A stretch of 64,000 bases of DNA from Gammaproteobacteria bacterium (GCA_030831165.1 JAURLP010000036.1:7622-71621), one strand, 5' to 3'. Positions 7,923 to 18,474 are shown, counted from the stretch's first letter. The notes: a model not told the origin generated them from the sequence alone. Numbers and translations: made by a program.

Positions 7923-9815
7923 TTAAATAAATTTTTGCTGGTTTAGTAGAGGCGGGGTAGGGCAATCCAGCAAGGAGGCTACGGCTCTCAGTAATTCCGC
8001 TTCTTCTGAGGTCACAAGCCCATCCGCATTAATACAGCAAGCCATGGCTTTCAATAGCTTGGGTTTTTGTAATGGCTTCAAGTTTTTTAAGTGGTCAGTA
8101 GCTTTTTCCAACACTTCAGTATTGTTTTTAAACTCAGCCTTGAAGGCGATAGCCTTGTTTAGACCGAGGAGGGCTTGAGAATGGCTGAAAGCGGCTTCTG
8201 CATCTGCCTCATCAGTATTGCCGATATAACTCAACACGGATAATAAAGCTTCACAAGACCATCCGGCTGAATCGAGATCAACACTCTTGGCATTAGTTTT
8301 TGTATCCTGATCAAGGTTGTAACGTAATATTTTGAATATGCACCATTCAAAAACCGACACGTCTTCATCAATGACGATAAGCTGGCTGAGATGGCTCATA
8401 AAGGTCCGATATTGAATAGGAGATAGTTGTTTTAAAGCGGGCAGGCTTAGATGGATTATGGTCAAAAACAAGTCTCTTTTAACCCAGCTAACCTGTGTTC
8501 GAATTGCTTTCAGGGTTGAGTATTGCTGTGGGTTTAAAACATCTGCCAGAATGGCTAATTGTTTTTTTTCTGTTGCTGGTGAAGAAAGTTCCATTAATAA
8601 ACAATGCATCAGCATACATGCGCCAAAGGAGCTATGAGCATCTTCAATGATCTCTTCAGGAAGCGAGCTTAGATTATTGGCGGCCATTTTTATATGTTCG
8701 GATCCAGGCTCACCAATTGAGTCAATGGCAGATTTTGAAGATGCTGCCGTATTAAATCCGGATATTCGATTGCTTGTAGTTGCCGAAGCTGAAGTGCCTG
8801 AATTTGTAGTGAAATCTCCTTTCCAATATGGATCAATTCTGGCAATTCGATCGGCTAAAGGAGGGTGAGTGGCGAATAGCCCAGTCAAATGAGTTTTTAA
8901 TCCCTGGCTAAAAAGCATATGGCTGATTTCAGATGCATCAGTACTTTTGATGTTAGAGCCTTCCTTGAAACCGCCAATTTTCTTGAGTGCACCAGCTATT
9001 CCATTGGGATTACGAGTGAACTGAACAGCTGAGGCATCGGCCAAATATTCACGCTGCCTACTCACGGCGGCTTTAATGATATTGCCAAAAAAGGTACCCC
9101 CATAACCAACAATCAACAGGCCGATGCCGAGAACGACGATTCCACCACCCTTTTTGTCAGAGCGGGTACCGTGACGTCGATAAACACTGCCTCGCACGAT
9201 GTAGTAGCCAATAAGACCAATAACCAGGATGCCATATAGCAACCCCATCAAGCGTATATTTAGCCGCATATCCCCATTAAAAATATGGCTGAATTCATGG
9301 GCAACGACACCTTGTAACTCATCACGACTAAGTTGGTGGATACAGCCGCGAGTAATGCCAATAACAGCATCGTGAGCGTTATAACCAGCAGCAAAAGCAT
9401 TAATGGCAGGATCTTCCATTAAATAGACTGGGGGAACTGGAGTGCCCGAGGCAATCGCAATTTCTTCTACAACATTGAGTATTTTACGCTCATCTGCATC
9501 TCGTGTGCCTGTATTAAGCAGATGCCCACCCATTGCTTCAGCGACAACCTTACCGCCACCTCTTAATTGAGCAAGTCTGAATAAAGACCCAAGTGTTACG
9601 ACCGCAACAACCCCAAGACTGACAAAAATAAAAACATCTGAAGTCGCCAGCGTCAAATCAAAATTAATTTCCCCGGAGGAGTTTTCAGTCAGGCTGAGTG
9701 TAAAAATAATGAGCAGGGAGGTTATGATAATGAGACTTATCACGGCGAGACAAAACAAAAACACAAGTTTTCGCGTCGTGTTTCTGGCCTGATCCTGGTG
9801 TGCAAAAAAATTCAC
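7923..9815 (-). CDS. M48-family (HtpX-like) membrane metalloprotease with a long C-terminal TerB-like extension
   Basis: HEFSHIFNGD (HExxH) flanked by TM helices. The ~270-aa C-terminal tail ends in INADGLVTSEEAELLRAVASLLDCP, which looks TerB/DjlA-N-like. GTG start. Paired with lemA. Confidence 0.8.
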   Translation of the reverse strand: MNFFAHQDQARNTTRKLVFLFCLAVISLIIITSLLIIFTLSLTENSSGEINFDLTLATSDVFIFVSLGVVAVVTLGSLFRLAQLRGGGKVVAEAMGGHLLNTGTRDADERKILNVVEEIAIASGTPVPPVYLMEDPAINAFAAGYNAHDAVIGITRGCIHQLSRDELQGVVAHEFSHIFNGDMRLNIRLMGLLYGILVIGLIGYYIVRGSVYRRHGTRSDKKGGGIVVLGIGLLIVGYGGTFFGNIIKAAVSRQREYLADASAVQFTRNPNGIAGALKKIGGFKEGSNIKSTDASEISHMLFSQGLKTHLTGLFATHPPLADRIARIDPYWKGDFTTNSGTSASATTSNRISGFNTAASSKSAIDSIGEPGSEHIKMAANNLSSLPEEIIEDAHSSFGACMLMHCLLMELSSPATEKKQLAILADVLNPQQYSTLKAIRTQVSWVKRDLFLTIIHLSLPALKQLSPIQYRTFMSHLSQLIVIDEDVSVFEWCIFKILRYNLDQDTKTNAKSVDLDSAGWSCEALLSVLSYIGNTDEADAEAAFSHSQALLGLNKAIAFKAEFKNNTEVLEKATDHLKNLKPLQKPKLLKAMACCINADGLVTSEEAELLRAVASLLDCPTPPLLNQQKFI

Positions 9816-9858
9816 GCTAAAATTTGCCTATCAACAAACTCGTAAGAGTTTTAAGGTC

Positions 9859-10455
9859 TTAAAAAGAAACTTTTGGCGCTTGTTGCATTGCTTGAGCGTC
9901 TTCATACTCCAAGAGACTGGCATCTTCGCTATGTCCAAAAAAGCCGGCAAGCACTACAGGCGGGAAAGTTTGCTTATAGGTGTTATACATGGTCACGGCA
10001 TCGTTGAAAGCCTGTCTTGAAAAAGCAACTTTGTTCTCTGTGCTGGTCAGTTCTTCAGATAATTGCATCATGTTTTGATTAGCTTTCAGGTCCGGGTAGG
10101 CCTCTACGACAACATTTAATTTCCCCAGAGCGCCTGAAAGCAGGCCTTCAGCCTGACTCAAATCCATCATCGCTGCAGGGTTACCCGGGTTGGCTGATGC
10201 TGCCTCAAGGCCTTTCATTGCCTGGTTACGAGCCTGAATAACGGCTTCCAGGGTTTCACGTTCATGTGAAATATAGGCTTTAGCCGTTTCAACTAGATTA
10301 GGAATAAGGTCATATCGGCGTTTGAGTTGGACGTCAATTTGGGAAAAGGCATTTTCAAAGCGGTTTTTCAGGGTGACTAATTTATTATAGATACCAATGA
10401 TCATAAAAATGATGACCGCCAGAATAACCAGGATGATGATGCTTGTAATACTCAT
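9859..10455 (-). CDS. lemA: LemA family protein
   Basis: N-terminal TM helix followed by RRYDLIPNLVETAKAYISHERETLEAVIQAR and a typical LemA helical region. Confidence 0.85.
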   Translation of the reverse strand: MSITSIIILVILAVIIFMIIGIYNKLVTLKNRFENAFSQIDVQLKRRYDLIPNLVETAKAYISHERETLEAVIQARNQAMKGLEAASANPGNPAAMMDLSQAEGLLSGALGKLNVVVEAYPDLKANQNMMQLSEELTSTENKVAFSRQAFNDAVTMYNTYKQTFPPVVLAGFFGHSEDASLLEYEDAQAMQQAPKVSF

Positions 10456-10553
10456 AAGCCCTCCGGAATCATAGAAATATTCAGTAAACGTTTTGTTGAA
10501 CTAGAATAAACACCTAAATTATCGGCGTCTAGCCTTAAATAGCTAAAGTGAGA

Positions 10554-11948
10554 TTAGCTAATCAAAGCCCGCGCGTTTGCGATTGCAATTTTTACTTGGG
10601 CTGGAGCAGTGCCTCCGATATGTTTTCTGGAATTGACTGAACCTTCTAAAGTAAGCACATCACTTACGTCATCAGCTATTGAGTCAGAAAAATTCTGAAG
10701 CTCTCCCAGTTCTAGCTCATCCAGTCCCCTATCAGATTTAATACAAAAAGCGACTGCTTTACCGACGACCTCATGCGCATCTCGAAATGGCATGCCTTTT
10801 TTCACCAGGTAATCGGCAAGATCAGTGGCGGTTGCAAAGCCCTGTGTCGCGGCAATCTGCATATTTTCTTTGTTCGCCTTAATAGCTGGCACCATATCTG
10901 CGTAGGCTGTAAGGCAATCTTTCAGTGTATCGATGGTATCAAAAAGAGGCTCTTTGTCTTCTTGATTATCTTTGTTATATGCCAGGGGTTGGGATTTCAT
11001 CAAGGTTAATAAAGACACGAGGTGACCAAAAACCCTGCCGCTTTTACCACGAATTAATTCCGGAACATCAGGGTTTTTCTTTTGCGGCATGATAGAAGAT
11101 CCAGTACAAAATCTATCGGGCAAATCGATGAAATTAAATTGTGATGAAGTCCAAAGTACCAGCTCTTCTGAAAATCGTGACAGATGCATCATGATTAAAC
11201 TGGCAGTTCCACTTAACTCAATAGCAAAATCTCTGTCGCTGACAGAATCCAGTGAATTTGTTGAGGGCTTATCGAAATTTAATAGGGATGCTGTCAGCTC
11301 TCTATCAATTGGATAAGAGGTGCCCGCCAGAGCTGCTGAGCCCAGAGGAGAAATATTTACACGCTTTCTGCAGTCTTGTAGGCGCTCATAATCGCGTTGC
11401 AGCATTTCAAACCAGGCCATTAAATGATGGCCGAATGTTATTGGTTGGGCAGTTTGCAGATGAGTAAACCCAGGCATGATGGTATCTGCGTTCTGTTCAG
11501 CCAGATTTAAAATGCCATTTTGAAGAGCTCTTACAAGCAAGCTTATATGATCGATTTCTTCTCGGACATAAAGTCGTATATCAGTTGCTACCTGGTCATT
11601 TCTTGAACGCCCAGTATGAAGTTTCTTGCCGGTATCACCAATTTTAGCTGTGAGAGCGGCTTCAATATTCATATGGACATCTTCTAACACAATTGACCAG
11701 TTGAAGCTACCAGATTCAATATCCTGTTGAATTTCAAGCAGACCATTGATGATTTTTGATTTTTCGTCAGTATTCAGAATTCCGGCCTGTTCAAGCATTG
11801 TTGCATGCGCAACAGAGCCTTCAATGTCAGCTTTATACAAGCGTTTATCGAATTCAACAGAGGCTGTGAATCTTTGCACAAAAGCATCCGTGGCTTCGGC
11901 AAATCTGCCTCCCCACAATTTACTTTTGTTGTTTTTATCTTCGCTCAT
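10554..11948 (-). CDS. argH: Argininosuccinate lyase
   Basis: KLWGGRF N-terminus and the fumarate-lyase signature [12 protein letters not shown]. Confidence 0.95.
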   Translation of the reverse strand: MSEDKNNKSKLWGGRFAEATDAFVQRFTASVEFDKRLYKADIEGSVAHATMLEQAGILNTDEKSKIINGLLEIQQDIESGSFNWSIVLEDVHMNIEAALTAKIGDTGKKLHTGRSRNDQVATDIRLYVREEIDHISLLVRALQNGILNLAEQNADTIMPGFTHLQTAQPITFGHHLMAWFEMLQRDYERLQDCRKRVNISPLGSAALAGTSYPIDRELTASLLNFDKPSTNSLDSVSDRDFAIELSGTASLIMMHLSRFSEELVLWTSSQFNFIDLPDRFCTGSSIMPQKKNPDVPELIRGKSGRVFGHLVSLLTLMKSQPLAYNKDNQEDKEPLFDTIDTLKDCLTAYADMVPAIKANKENMQIAATQGFATATDLADYLVKKGMPFRDAHEVVGKAVAFCIKSDRGLDELELGELQNFSDSIADDVSDVLTLEGSVNSRKHIGGTAPAQVKIAIANARALIS

Positions 11949-12059
11949 TTCTGAAAAATGGATTCCTTGATGCTAGTGGGCGCAAATTATAGCAATATAG
12001 GACGATTGAGTGATATAGAAGCTGGTTTAAGGCATGGGATAAAGTAAAATGCCTGATAT

Positions 12060-12983
12060 ATGAATAAAGAACTGATACGCATAGCTACTCGTCAAAGTCC
12101 TCTTGCTCTCTGGCAGGCCGAGCATGTGAAAGCAAAACTTGAGCTGAAACATCCTGGGCTAAAAACTGAACTGCTTCCAATGACGACGAGGGGAGATCAG
12201 ATACTGGACTCTCCCCTGGCAAAAATTGGGGGAAAAGGCTTGTTTATTAAAGAGCTGGAACTTGCTTTGTTAGAAGGTCGGGCTGATATCGCTGTACACT
12301 CCATGAAAGATGTTCCTATGGTGTTCCCGGATGGTTTAAGTCTGGCCATTATTTGTGAGCGAGAAGACTATAGAGATGCTTTTGTCTCAAATCATTACTC
12401 TAGTTTTGAGGCGCTACCAAACGGAGCAGTAGTAGGAACCTCAAGTTTACGACGTCAATGCCAATTGCGGGCTGCCAGGGCAGATATCCAGATTAAAGAT
12501 TTGCGTGGCAATGTAAACACTAGACTGAGGAAACTGGATGATGGTGACTATGATGCAATTATACTGGCTGCTGCTGGTCTTTTGAGGCTTGGTATGAGAG
12601 ATCGTATTCAATCCTATCTTGAGCCTTCTATCTGTTTGCCCGCTGGTGGGCAGGGAGCCATAGGTATTGAATGCAGGTCTAATGACACGCGGGTTTTAAA
12701 ATATTTAAGCCCATTAAATCATCAGCACAGTTCAATTTGTGTTGGTGCCGAGCGTGCTATGAATGCCAGATTGAATGGAGGCTGCCAGGTTCCTATTGCC
12801 TGTTTGGCTGAACTAGAAGGCGAGTCATTAAGCCTAAAGGGTATCGTTGGCAGTGTTGATGGTAAAGAAATATTAAGTGCTGAGTTTATGGCAAAAGCAG
12901 AAGATTTTGATCAGCTGGGTGTTAAAGTAGCCGAGCAATTGTTACAGCAAGGTGCAGGGCGTTTGTTAGATGAGATTGGATAA
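12060..12983 (+). CDS. hemC: Hydroxymethylbilane synthase (porphobilinogen deaminase)
   Basis: [29 protein letters not shown], and the cofactor Cys context GGCQVPIA. Confidence 0.95.
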   Translation: MNKELIRIATRQSPLALWQAEHVKAKLELKHPGLKTELLPMTTRGDQILDSPLAKIGGKGLFIKELELALLEGRADIAVHSMKDVPMVFPDGLSLAIICEREDYRDAFVSNHYSSFEALPNGAVVGTSSLRRQCQLRAARADIQIKDLRGNVNTRLRKLDDGDYDAIILAAAGLLRLGMRDRIQSYLEPSICLPAGGQGAIGIECRSNDTRVLKYLSPLNHQHSSICVGAERAMNARLNGGCQVPIACLAELEGESLSLKGIVGSVDGKEILSAEFMAKAEDFDQLGVKVAEQLLQQGAGRLLDEIG

Positions 12984-12995
12984 CATTTAATAGTT

Positions 12996-13778
12996 ATGAG
13001 TTCATCACTAGACAATATTACTTTATGGATTACTCGTCCTGTGGGCCAGGCCAGGAATTTGGCAAAACTGCTTGAAGAACAAGGCGCCAAAGTTGTCCAT
13101 TTGCCATTAATGCAAATAGAAACGCTTCCGCAAGATAAAAAATTAAAGAAAAAAATAAAAAAAATAAATGATTATGATATGGCATTTTTTATTAGCACTA
13201 ATGCTGCGCAAATAGGTATGGAACTAATTGAAACTTATTTTCCATCTTTGCCTAAAGAAATTCAGTATTTTGCAGCTGGGCCGACTACTGCCAGAGTATT
13301 GCAGGGCTTCGGTCTGGAGGTGGCTTATCCCGAAAAGGCAATGAGTACTGAGGCTTTATTGATTCTCCCAGAGATACGAAAAATTTTACAAGATAAAAAT
13401 AAAAAGAAAAAACGAGCAGTAATCTTTCGTGGGAGTGGAGGGAGGGAGTTATTAGCAAACGCTCTTCGATCAAAGGGGGTCGATGTTGATTATATCGAGC
13501 TTTATAAACGCGTTCTCCCTGAATATAAGGAAAGCAATTTAAAAGATATACTAAAAAACAAAAAACCTGATGGCATTATTTTTAGTAGCGCAGAAGCTAT
13601 TTATAATTTTACGGTTTTGTTTGAGAATATTTTCTCTGAATATAAAGAAATTCCAATATTTGTTTCTTCAGCCAGATTAAAAGAAGTTTCGAAAAAAATT
13701 GGTTTTAAATCTATTTCTCTATTGCAAGCCGCAGATGACAATTCTATTGCGGCAGGAATGAAAAATCCCAATGGATGA
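12996..13778 (+). CDS. hemD: Uroporphyrinogen-III synthase
   Basis: Position between hemC and hemX, with a HemD-like length and pattern (ITRP..Q...L...L...G..V...PL..I). It contains Lys-rich low-complexity inserts. Confidence 0.75.
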   Translation: MSSSLDNITLWITRPVGQARNLAKLLEEQGAKVVHLPLMQIETLPQDKKLKKKIKKINDYDMAFFISTNAAQIGMELIETYFPSLPKEIQYFAAGPTTARVLQGFGLEVAYPEKAMSTEALLILPEIRKILQDKNKKKKRAVIFRGSGGRELLANALRSKGVDVDYIELYKRVLPEYKESNLKDILKNKKPDGIIFSSAEAIYNFTVLFENIFSEYKEIPIFVSSARLKEVSKKIGFKSISLLQAADDNSIAAGMKNPNG

Positions 13779-14832
13779 AGTTAATATTGAAAAAAAAGTC
13801 TCTCCAAAAATTGCTAAAGCCAGGTTTAAGTCTGGCGCCATATTTATAATTTTTAAATCCGGGTTACAGATAATAATAGTTCTCGGCTTTTTAGGCCTAG
13901 CTTATTTTTACTGGCAGCAACAAAAACTGATTAATCAATTTCTTGTTCAGCAAAATATGGCGCTAGTTGAGAATGAAAACATGGTTTATCAATTAGCCGA
14001 GTTTCAGAAAGATTTTGAATTTTTGAATAATTCAGAAGCCAATGCCGAAATATTATTTAGCCAACAAAATGCTAGATTAGATAGCTTGAACGAAGAATTA
14101 GTCAGCCTGCGGCTTGGAATGAATGCTAATCAATCCAGTGGAATTTGGCAGTTAGCCGAGGCATCATCTTTATTAAGGCTCGCAAAACAATATATAGAAG
14201 TAAACCAAGACATTCCGGTAGCTATAAGCTTATATCAAAATACCAGAGCGATACTTACTCAAATTGATGACCCGGCTATAGATAGAATCGATAATCTCTT
14301 GGCATCTGATATACAAAATTTAAGACGAATCCGACCTATAGATACTGAAGGCTTCTACATGCGCCTAAGTGATATATCTCAACAATTAGATAGTATTAAC
14401 CTCGGAACAAATATGGATCCTAGTTTTGATTTTCTGCAGCGAGGCGGCGCCAGTGAGGGCGCTGGGTATTTCAAAAATATCACAGATTTTCTTTCGCGCT
14501 ATTTTACAGTTCGCAGACTCGATGAGCCCATAACCTTGCCTTTAAGCGATCAGCAAATATCATTTGTAAGACAGAATATGCAAATACAGATAGAGCAGGC
14601 GAAGCTTGCACTGTTACAAGGAAGGCAAGCGGTGTATCAGGACAGCATCAGTAATGTAGTAATGCTGGCGCGGCAAAATATAGCTGGGCAGGATCCACAG
14701 AAAGATTTAATTCTTCGATCATTAAAGGAATTGCAGGATGAATCTATTCTACCTGAGCTGCCAGTGCTAAGTGAAAGCCTGGTTCTGCTTGAAAATATAA
14801 TGAGTAATATTTCCAATGATCCAGGAAATTGA
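13771..14832 (+). CDS. hemX: HemX-like membrane protein
   Basis: Single N-terminal TM helix followed by a long coiled-coil region. It overlaps the hemD stop and follows the hemCDXY order. Confidence 0.7.
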   Translation: MDEVNIEKKVSPKIAKARFKSGAIFIIFKSGLQIIIVLGFLGLAYFYWQQQKLINQFLVQQNMALVENENMVYQLAEFQKDFEFLNNSEANAEILFSQQNARLDSLNEELVSLRLGMNANQSSGIWQLAEASSLLRLAKQYIEVNQDIPVAISLYQNTRAILTQIDDPAIDRIDNLLASDIQNLRRIRPIDTEGFYMRLSDISQQLDSINLGTNMDPSFDFLQRGGASEGAGYFKNITDFLSRYFTVRRLDEPITLPLSDQQISFVRQNMQIQIEQAKLALLQGRQAVYQDSISNVVMLARQNIAGQDPQKDLILRSLKELQDESILPELPVLSESLVLLENIMSNISNDPGN

Positions 14833-14873
14833 CAGCTTGATTATTAATTATTTTATAGAAGAGTCACTAAGTC

Positions 14874-16109
14874 GTGGTTAAAGCCTTTATAATTCTTTTG
14901 TTGGCTTTGGGAGCCGGTGCTTATCTTTCTATCCTCTTAACAGAAGACCCTGGTTACGTGCTGGTAAGTTTTAAGGATTATTCAATAGAAGCCACTTTGG
15001 TAGCAGCTGTAATTTCTTTATTTATATTTTATGTTTTATTTTTTGGCTTAATAAAGCTGATCAAGGTTTTTAATCCTTTCAAGCTTTTGAAAAAAGACAC
15101 GTGGTATGCATTATTTAATAAAAAAAATCCGCGAAGACAAATTGAGCAGGGTTGGCAGTATCTTCTATTGGGGAAATGGCAGGAAGCTTATAAATTGTTA
15201 GTGGAATCTGCTAACAGGGCCCAGAACCCTAGTGTAAATTATCTAGCTGCAGCCTATGCCGCATTCCAGCGCAATGACTACTTGGCATGCAACTTTTGTT
15301 TATCACAAGCTAAACAGCAGTCCTTAGTTGCGAATACCGGTATAAAAACGTTTCAAGCCTTGCTTGAGCTTAAATCAGGGAAAGAAGAGCAGAGCCTGGC
15401 GCTGCTGCTAGCGATAAAAAAAGAACAGGCAGATAGTCCTTATGTTCTCATTCTGCTAAAAGATATTTATATTTCATTAAAAGATTGGGAGCAATTGAGT
15501 TCATTGATACCAGATCTTGAAAAACATAAGGTTTTAGCAAAAGATGAATTGCTAATGCTAAAGGAAAAGCTTGCTGTGCACCGACTGCATAAAGCAACTT
15601 CGAATTCTGTAAATCAACATGAATTAAAAACTATTTGGAATGACTTTAATAAAGTATTACAGAGGCGCGAATTGGTAATAGAGGCTTATTTGAGGGCTCT
15701 TCTCACAATAGGTAACAGTGCAGAAGCTTTAAGCTTGCTAACAAAATTTATTAAACATCAATGGAGTGACAGGCTGGTAGCTTTATTAGGTTATATAGAT
15801 AACCCAGAAGCCGCCGAACAAATTTTATTGCTCGAAGCCTGGGTAAAAGACCGTCCAAAAAATGTTAACCTGATGTTAACTTTGGGCCGATTATGCCTGC
15901 GTAATAAATTATGGGGTAAAGCGCGTGAGTATTTTGAATCTGCGCTGCATTTTTCCAATAATACTGAATTAAGTGCTGAAATTAATGCTGAGTTAGGTAG
16001 ATTGTTGGAACATCTGGGTGAGCATGAAAAAAGCCTGTTATATTATCGGCAAGCGATAGGGTTGATGGAAAGAAAACTGCCCGATCTGCCTATGCCAAAT
16101 ATCTCCTGA
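14874..16109 (+). CDS. hemY: HemY-like TPR membrane protein
   Basis: Two N-terminal TM helices and C-terminal TPR-like repeats (..LGRLCLRNKLWGKAREYFESAL..). GTG start. Last gene of the hemCDXY block. Confidence 0.75.
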   Translation: MVKAFIILLLALGAGAYLSILLTEDPGYVLVSFKDYSIEATLVAAVISLFIFYVLFFGLIKLIKVFNPFKLLKKDTWYALFNKKNPRRQIEQGWQYLLLGKWQEAYKLLVESANRAQNPSVNYLAAAYAAFQRNDYLACNFCLSQAKQQSLVANTGIKTFQALLELKSGKEEQSLALLLAIKKEQADSPYVLILLKDIYISLKDWEQLSSLIPDLEKHKVLAKDELLMLKEKLAVHRLHKATSNSVNQHELKTIWNDFNKVLQRRELVIEAYLRALLTIGNSAEALSLLTKFIKHQWSDRLVALLGYIDNPEAAEQILLLEAWVKDRPKNVNLMLTLGRLCLRNKLWGKAREYFESALHFSNNTELSAEINAELGRLLEHLGEHEKSLLYYRQAIGLMERKLPDLPMPNIS

Positions 16110-16260
16110 TTATCATGTTAGGGCTCGCTAGGCTGTAATTTCAATATTTGACCTATGTCAAAATAGCTCATTTTTTTGAAAAACCATCTGTTGAAAATAT
16201 TTTTTTGTCTTCATTACTAGGCTAGTAGTATTTTAAAAAATAGTAATTAAGGAGGCAATT

Positions 16261-16686
16261 ATGCACTTAATACCCAAACATCCTCTGGCGAGTTTAGAAA
16301 GTTTTTTTGAGGATTCTTTTCCCTCTTTCAAGATTTTACCAGAGTCAAAAATCGGCAGTTCCCATCTGGCAGTAGACATTAAAGAGGATAAAGATAATTA
16401 TATTATTAAGGCAGATTTTCCAGGGATAAACAAAGAAGACATCCAGGTTTCCATTGATAATAATGTGCTTACAATTGAAGCAGAATATGATGAAAGTAAA
16501 GAAGATAAGGAAGGCGAAAAATACTTGAGACAGGAGCGTCGATATGGAAAATATTCAAGAAGTTTCAACTTGGGTGATAATGTCGACGAAGCAAAAATAA
16601 TCGCAGAATTTGATAGAGGCGTTTTATCCCTGCAAATTCCAAAGCGAAGTGTTGCGCCTGTTACCAGAACTATTCCGATTAAATAG
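16261..16686 (+). CDS. Small heat-shock protein (Hsp20/IbpA family)
   Basis: Alpha-crystallin domain: AVDIKEDKDNYIIKADFPGINKEDIQVSIDNNVLTIEAE ... GVLSLQIPK. Strong RBS (AAGGAGG) 5 nt upstream. Confidence 0.9.
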   Translation: MHLIPKHPLASLESFFEDSFPSFKILPESKIGSSHLAVDIKEDKDNYIIKADFPGINKEDIQVSIDNNVLTIEAEYDESKEDKEGEKYLRQERRYGKYSRSFNLGDNVDEAKIIAEFDRGVLSLQIPKRSVAPVTRTIPIK

Positions 16687-16710
16687 AGCAACCCCGAAAT
16701 AGGAAAAATC

Positions 16711-16745
16711 ATCAGGCCGGCTGAGCATTCTATTGCTGGCCTGAT
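16711..16745. terminator. Stem-loop between convergent genes (possible bidirectional terminator)
   Basis: atcaggcc(N18)ggcctgat forms an 8-bp stem between the Hsp20 gene and nnrE. There is no clear U-tract. Confidence 0.35.
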
Positions 16746-17452
16746 TAAATCACTTTTGATACAGAGACTCTGGCGTAGACGGCTGGTGGAACGTTTAAAT
16801 CATCAAATAAGAGTTTACCGACGAGCTTTGAGCCAGAATTTGTTGCTAGGCCGATTTTTCTTCCGATAAATGTAATGGTTAAATCTGCTTTAACAGCAGA
16901 GCCTAGAATGACACCTGTATCACTGCAAAGCCCGGAAGGGATGTCTACGGCAAGTACAGCTAGAGAGCTGCTGTTTATATCATCTATAAGATGGCTATAT
17001 GGTTCACGTACCTTGCCACTAAGGCCTGTTCCTAACAAAGCATCCACTATGACTGCATCATCTATAGTGTTTTTAGTAGAATTATTTTGTTGACTGTTTA
17101 TCTGATTAAACTCATAGGCTGGTAGAGGCTTAAGTCCCGATGATAATGCGTAGTCCAAAGCTTTTTTAGCATCCCCGAATACCTTAGATAAATCTCCGGC
17201 AACAAAAAGATCGACATCTATGCCAGATTGCTTTGCCAGGGCCGCGATAATAAAACCATCACCACCGTTATTTCCGGTTCCACAAAGGACAATAATTTTT
17301 TTTACAGTGGGCCAGTTTTTTAATAAAGCTTCATAGGCAGCTTTTGCAGCTCTATGCATAAGTTCGAAACCCGGTATATTGAATTCTTCGATAGCAAGCC
17401 TATCCAGCTCTCTGGTAGCAGCGGCAGTATAATAGTTAAGTTTTGTCATCAA
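16745..17452 (-). CDS. nnrE: NAD(P)H-hydrate epimerase (YjeF N-terminal domain only)
   Basis: TRELDRLAIEEFNIPGFELMHRAAKAA..VLCGTGNNGGDGF is the YjeF_N signature. At 235 aa it has no C-terminal dehydratase domain. Confidence 0.8.
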   Translation of the reverse strand: MMTKLNYYTAAATRELDRLAIEEFNIPGFELMHRAAKAAYEALLKNWPTVKKIIVLCGTGNNGGDGFIIAALAKQSGIDVDLFVAGDLSKVFGDAKKALDYALSSGLKPLPAYEFNQINSQQNNSTKNTIDDAVIVDALLGTGLSGKVREPYSHLIDDINSSSLAVLAVDIPSGLCSDTGVILGSAVKADLTITFIGRKIGLATNSGSKLVGKLLFDDLNVPPAVYARVSVSKVI

Positions 17453-17454
17453 GT

Positions 17455-18013
17455 TTAACTAGGTCTAAAAAAGGGAATAGCCGCACATGCGCCAAGAAAG
17501 TTACACGTGATATCGATAGCTGTATTTTCATATCCACCAACGTTCGTAGCTGGTATGAATACAGTTGCCAGAAATTCTATGATTTCATTTATACCGCCAA
17601 TACCTGAAGCGGCCAATACGGTAATGATTGATGCTGTCACTTTGGAATTCTGGTTGAGACTGGATACAACTTTCCAAATTAAAAGAGCTGCTATGAAATA
17701 GCAGTAGAAATGAACAAGCTGATCATATTTCAATATTGAATATGGTTCACCGATTAAATCAATTAGAACTAATGAATAAAGCACGCCGCCACCCACGGGT
17801 AGCAAGCCCCCCCAGAATATGAAGAACAATCCAGATATTAAAGCCCCAGAGTATTTTGGAACTGAAAGTAAAATGCTGGTCGCCTTTATGTAATAGAGCA
17901 ACCAGTACTAATGTTGTTATGTCATAAAATAAAAATTCAAAATTTTGAGAAAGTAAAGACCAGAGCAGAAGCGCGCCAGTCAGGAAGTACCCGCAAATAA
18001 ATTGAGTTCGCAT
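17455..18013 (-). pseudogene. Membrane protein (tentatively YjdF/DUF2238-like) split into two frames at a C7/G7 homopolymer
   Basis: ORF 17759..18025 (..IWIVLHILGG) and ORF 17455..17901 (..GGLLPVGGGVLYSL..KYDQLVHFYCYF..INEIIEF..GGYENTAID) overlap across the C7 run at 17807-17813. A 1-nt change there would fuse them into one membrane protein of about 190 aa. Confidence 0.55.
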
Positions 18014-18073
18014 AAAGGTCCCCAAACTTATTAAGTCATGTGATTGTATACAAATACTAGGGTATTGATTTGT

Positions 18074-18415
18074 TTATTGGAAGTAGATAGTCAGGAAAAT
18101 GATGGTCAGGAAAACGATTGCTCCGACGACAGACTCAACTGAAAATTCCTTAAAATTCTTTTCTGCATTTAGTGTGGTGTCTTCAAACATTTTCGGAATG
18201 CGTTTTGAAATGAAGTAAGGGACGTGGCCAAGAATTGAGCTGGATAGGACTAAAGGGAAAAAGAATAGCCCGCCAGTTAACATTAAAAAATATTCATATC
18301 TGCTGAGGTTTTTAATATCAATTATCATCAAAAAAGTAACTATAAAACCGAAAATAGAAAGAAACAACCCTAAGACTCTAATGAAATTTCGTACTTTTAT
18401 TTCCATATTAATCAC
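18074..18415 (-). CDS. Small multi-pass membrane protein, candidate immunity protein for the adjacent peptide
   Basis: 113 aa from the GTG at 18415, or 110 aa from the ATG at 18406. Three hydrophobic helices. It lies 59 nt downstream of the double-glycine peptide gene on the same strand. Confidence 0.5.
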   Translation of the reverse strand: MINMEIKVRNFIRVLGLFLSIFGFIVTFLMIIDIKNLSRYEYFLMLTGGLFFFPLVLSSSILGHVPYFISKRIPKMFEDTTLNAEKNFKEFSVESVVGAIVFLTIIFLTIYFQ

Positions 18416-18474
18416 TTGGCCCCTGGCAATACGTTTAGGAAATTTGCCAGAGGCATTATTATCCGCAATTTTTA

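Noticed and set aside
13130-13420. A/T-rich Lys-codon runs in hemD (aaaaaaataaaaaaaataaa) as possible repeats or a CRISPR-like array
   Set aside because: This is in-frame low-complexity coding sequence (KKKIKKI, KNKKKK). It has no repeat-spacer periodicity.
16141-16260. Sigma32 heat-shock promoter upstream of the Hsp20 gene
   Set aside because: Two TTGAAA hexamers are present, but no convincing CCCCAT-type -10 lies at the right spacing. I cannot support the call by eye.
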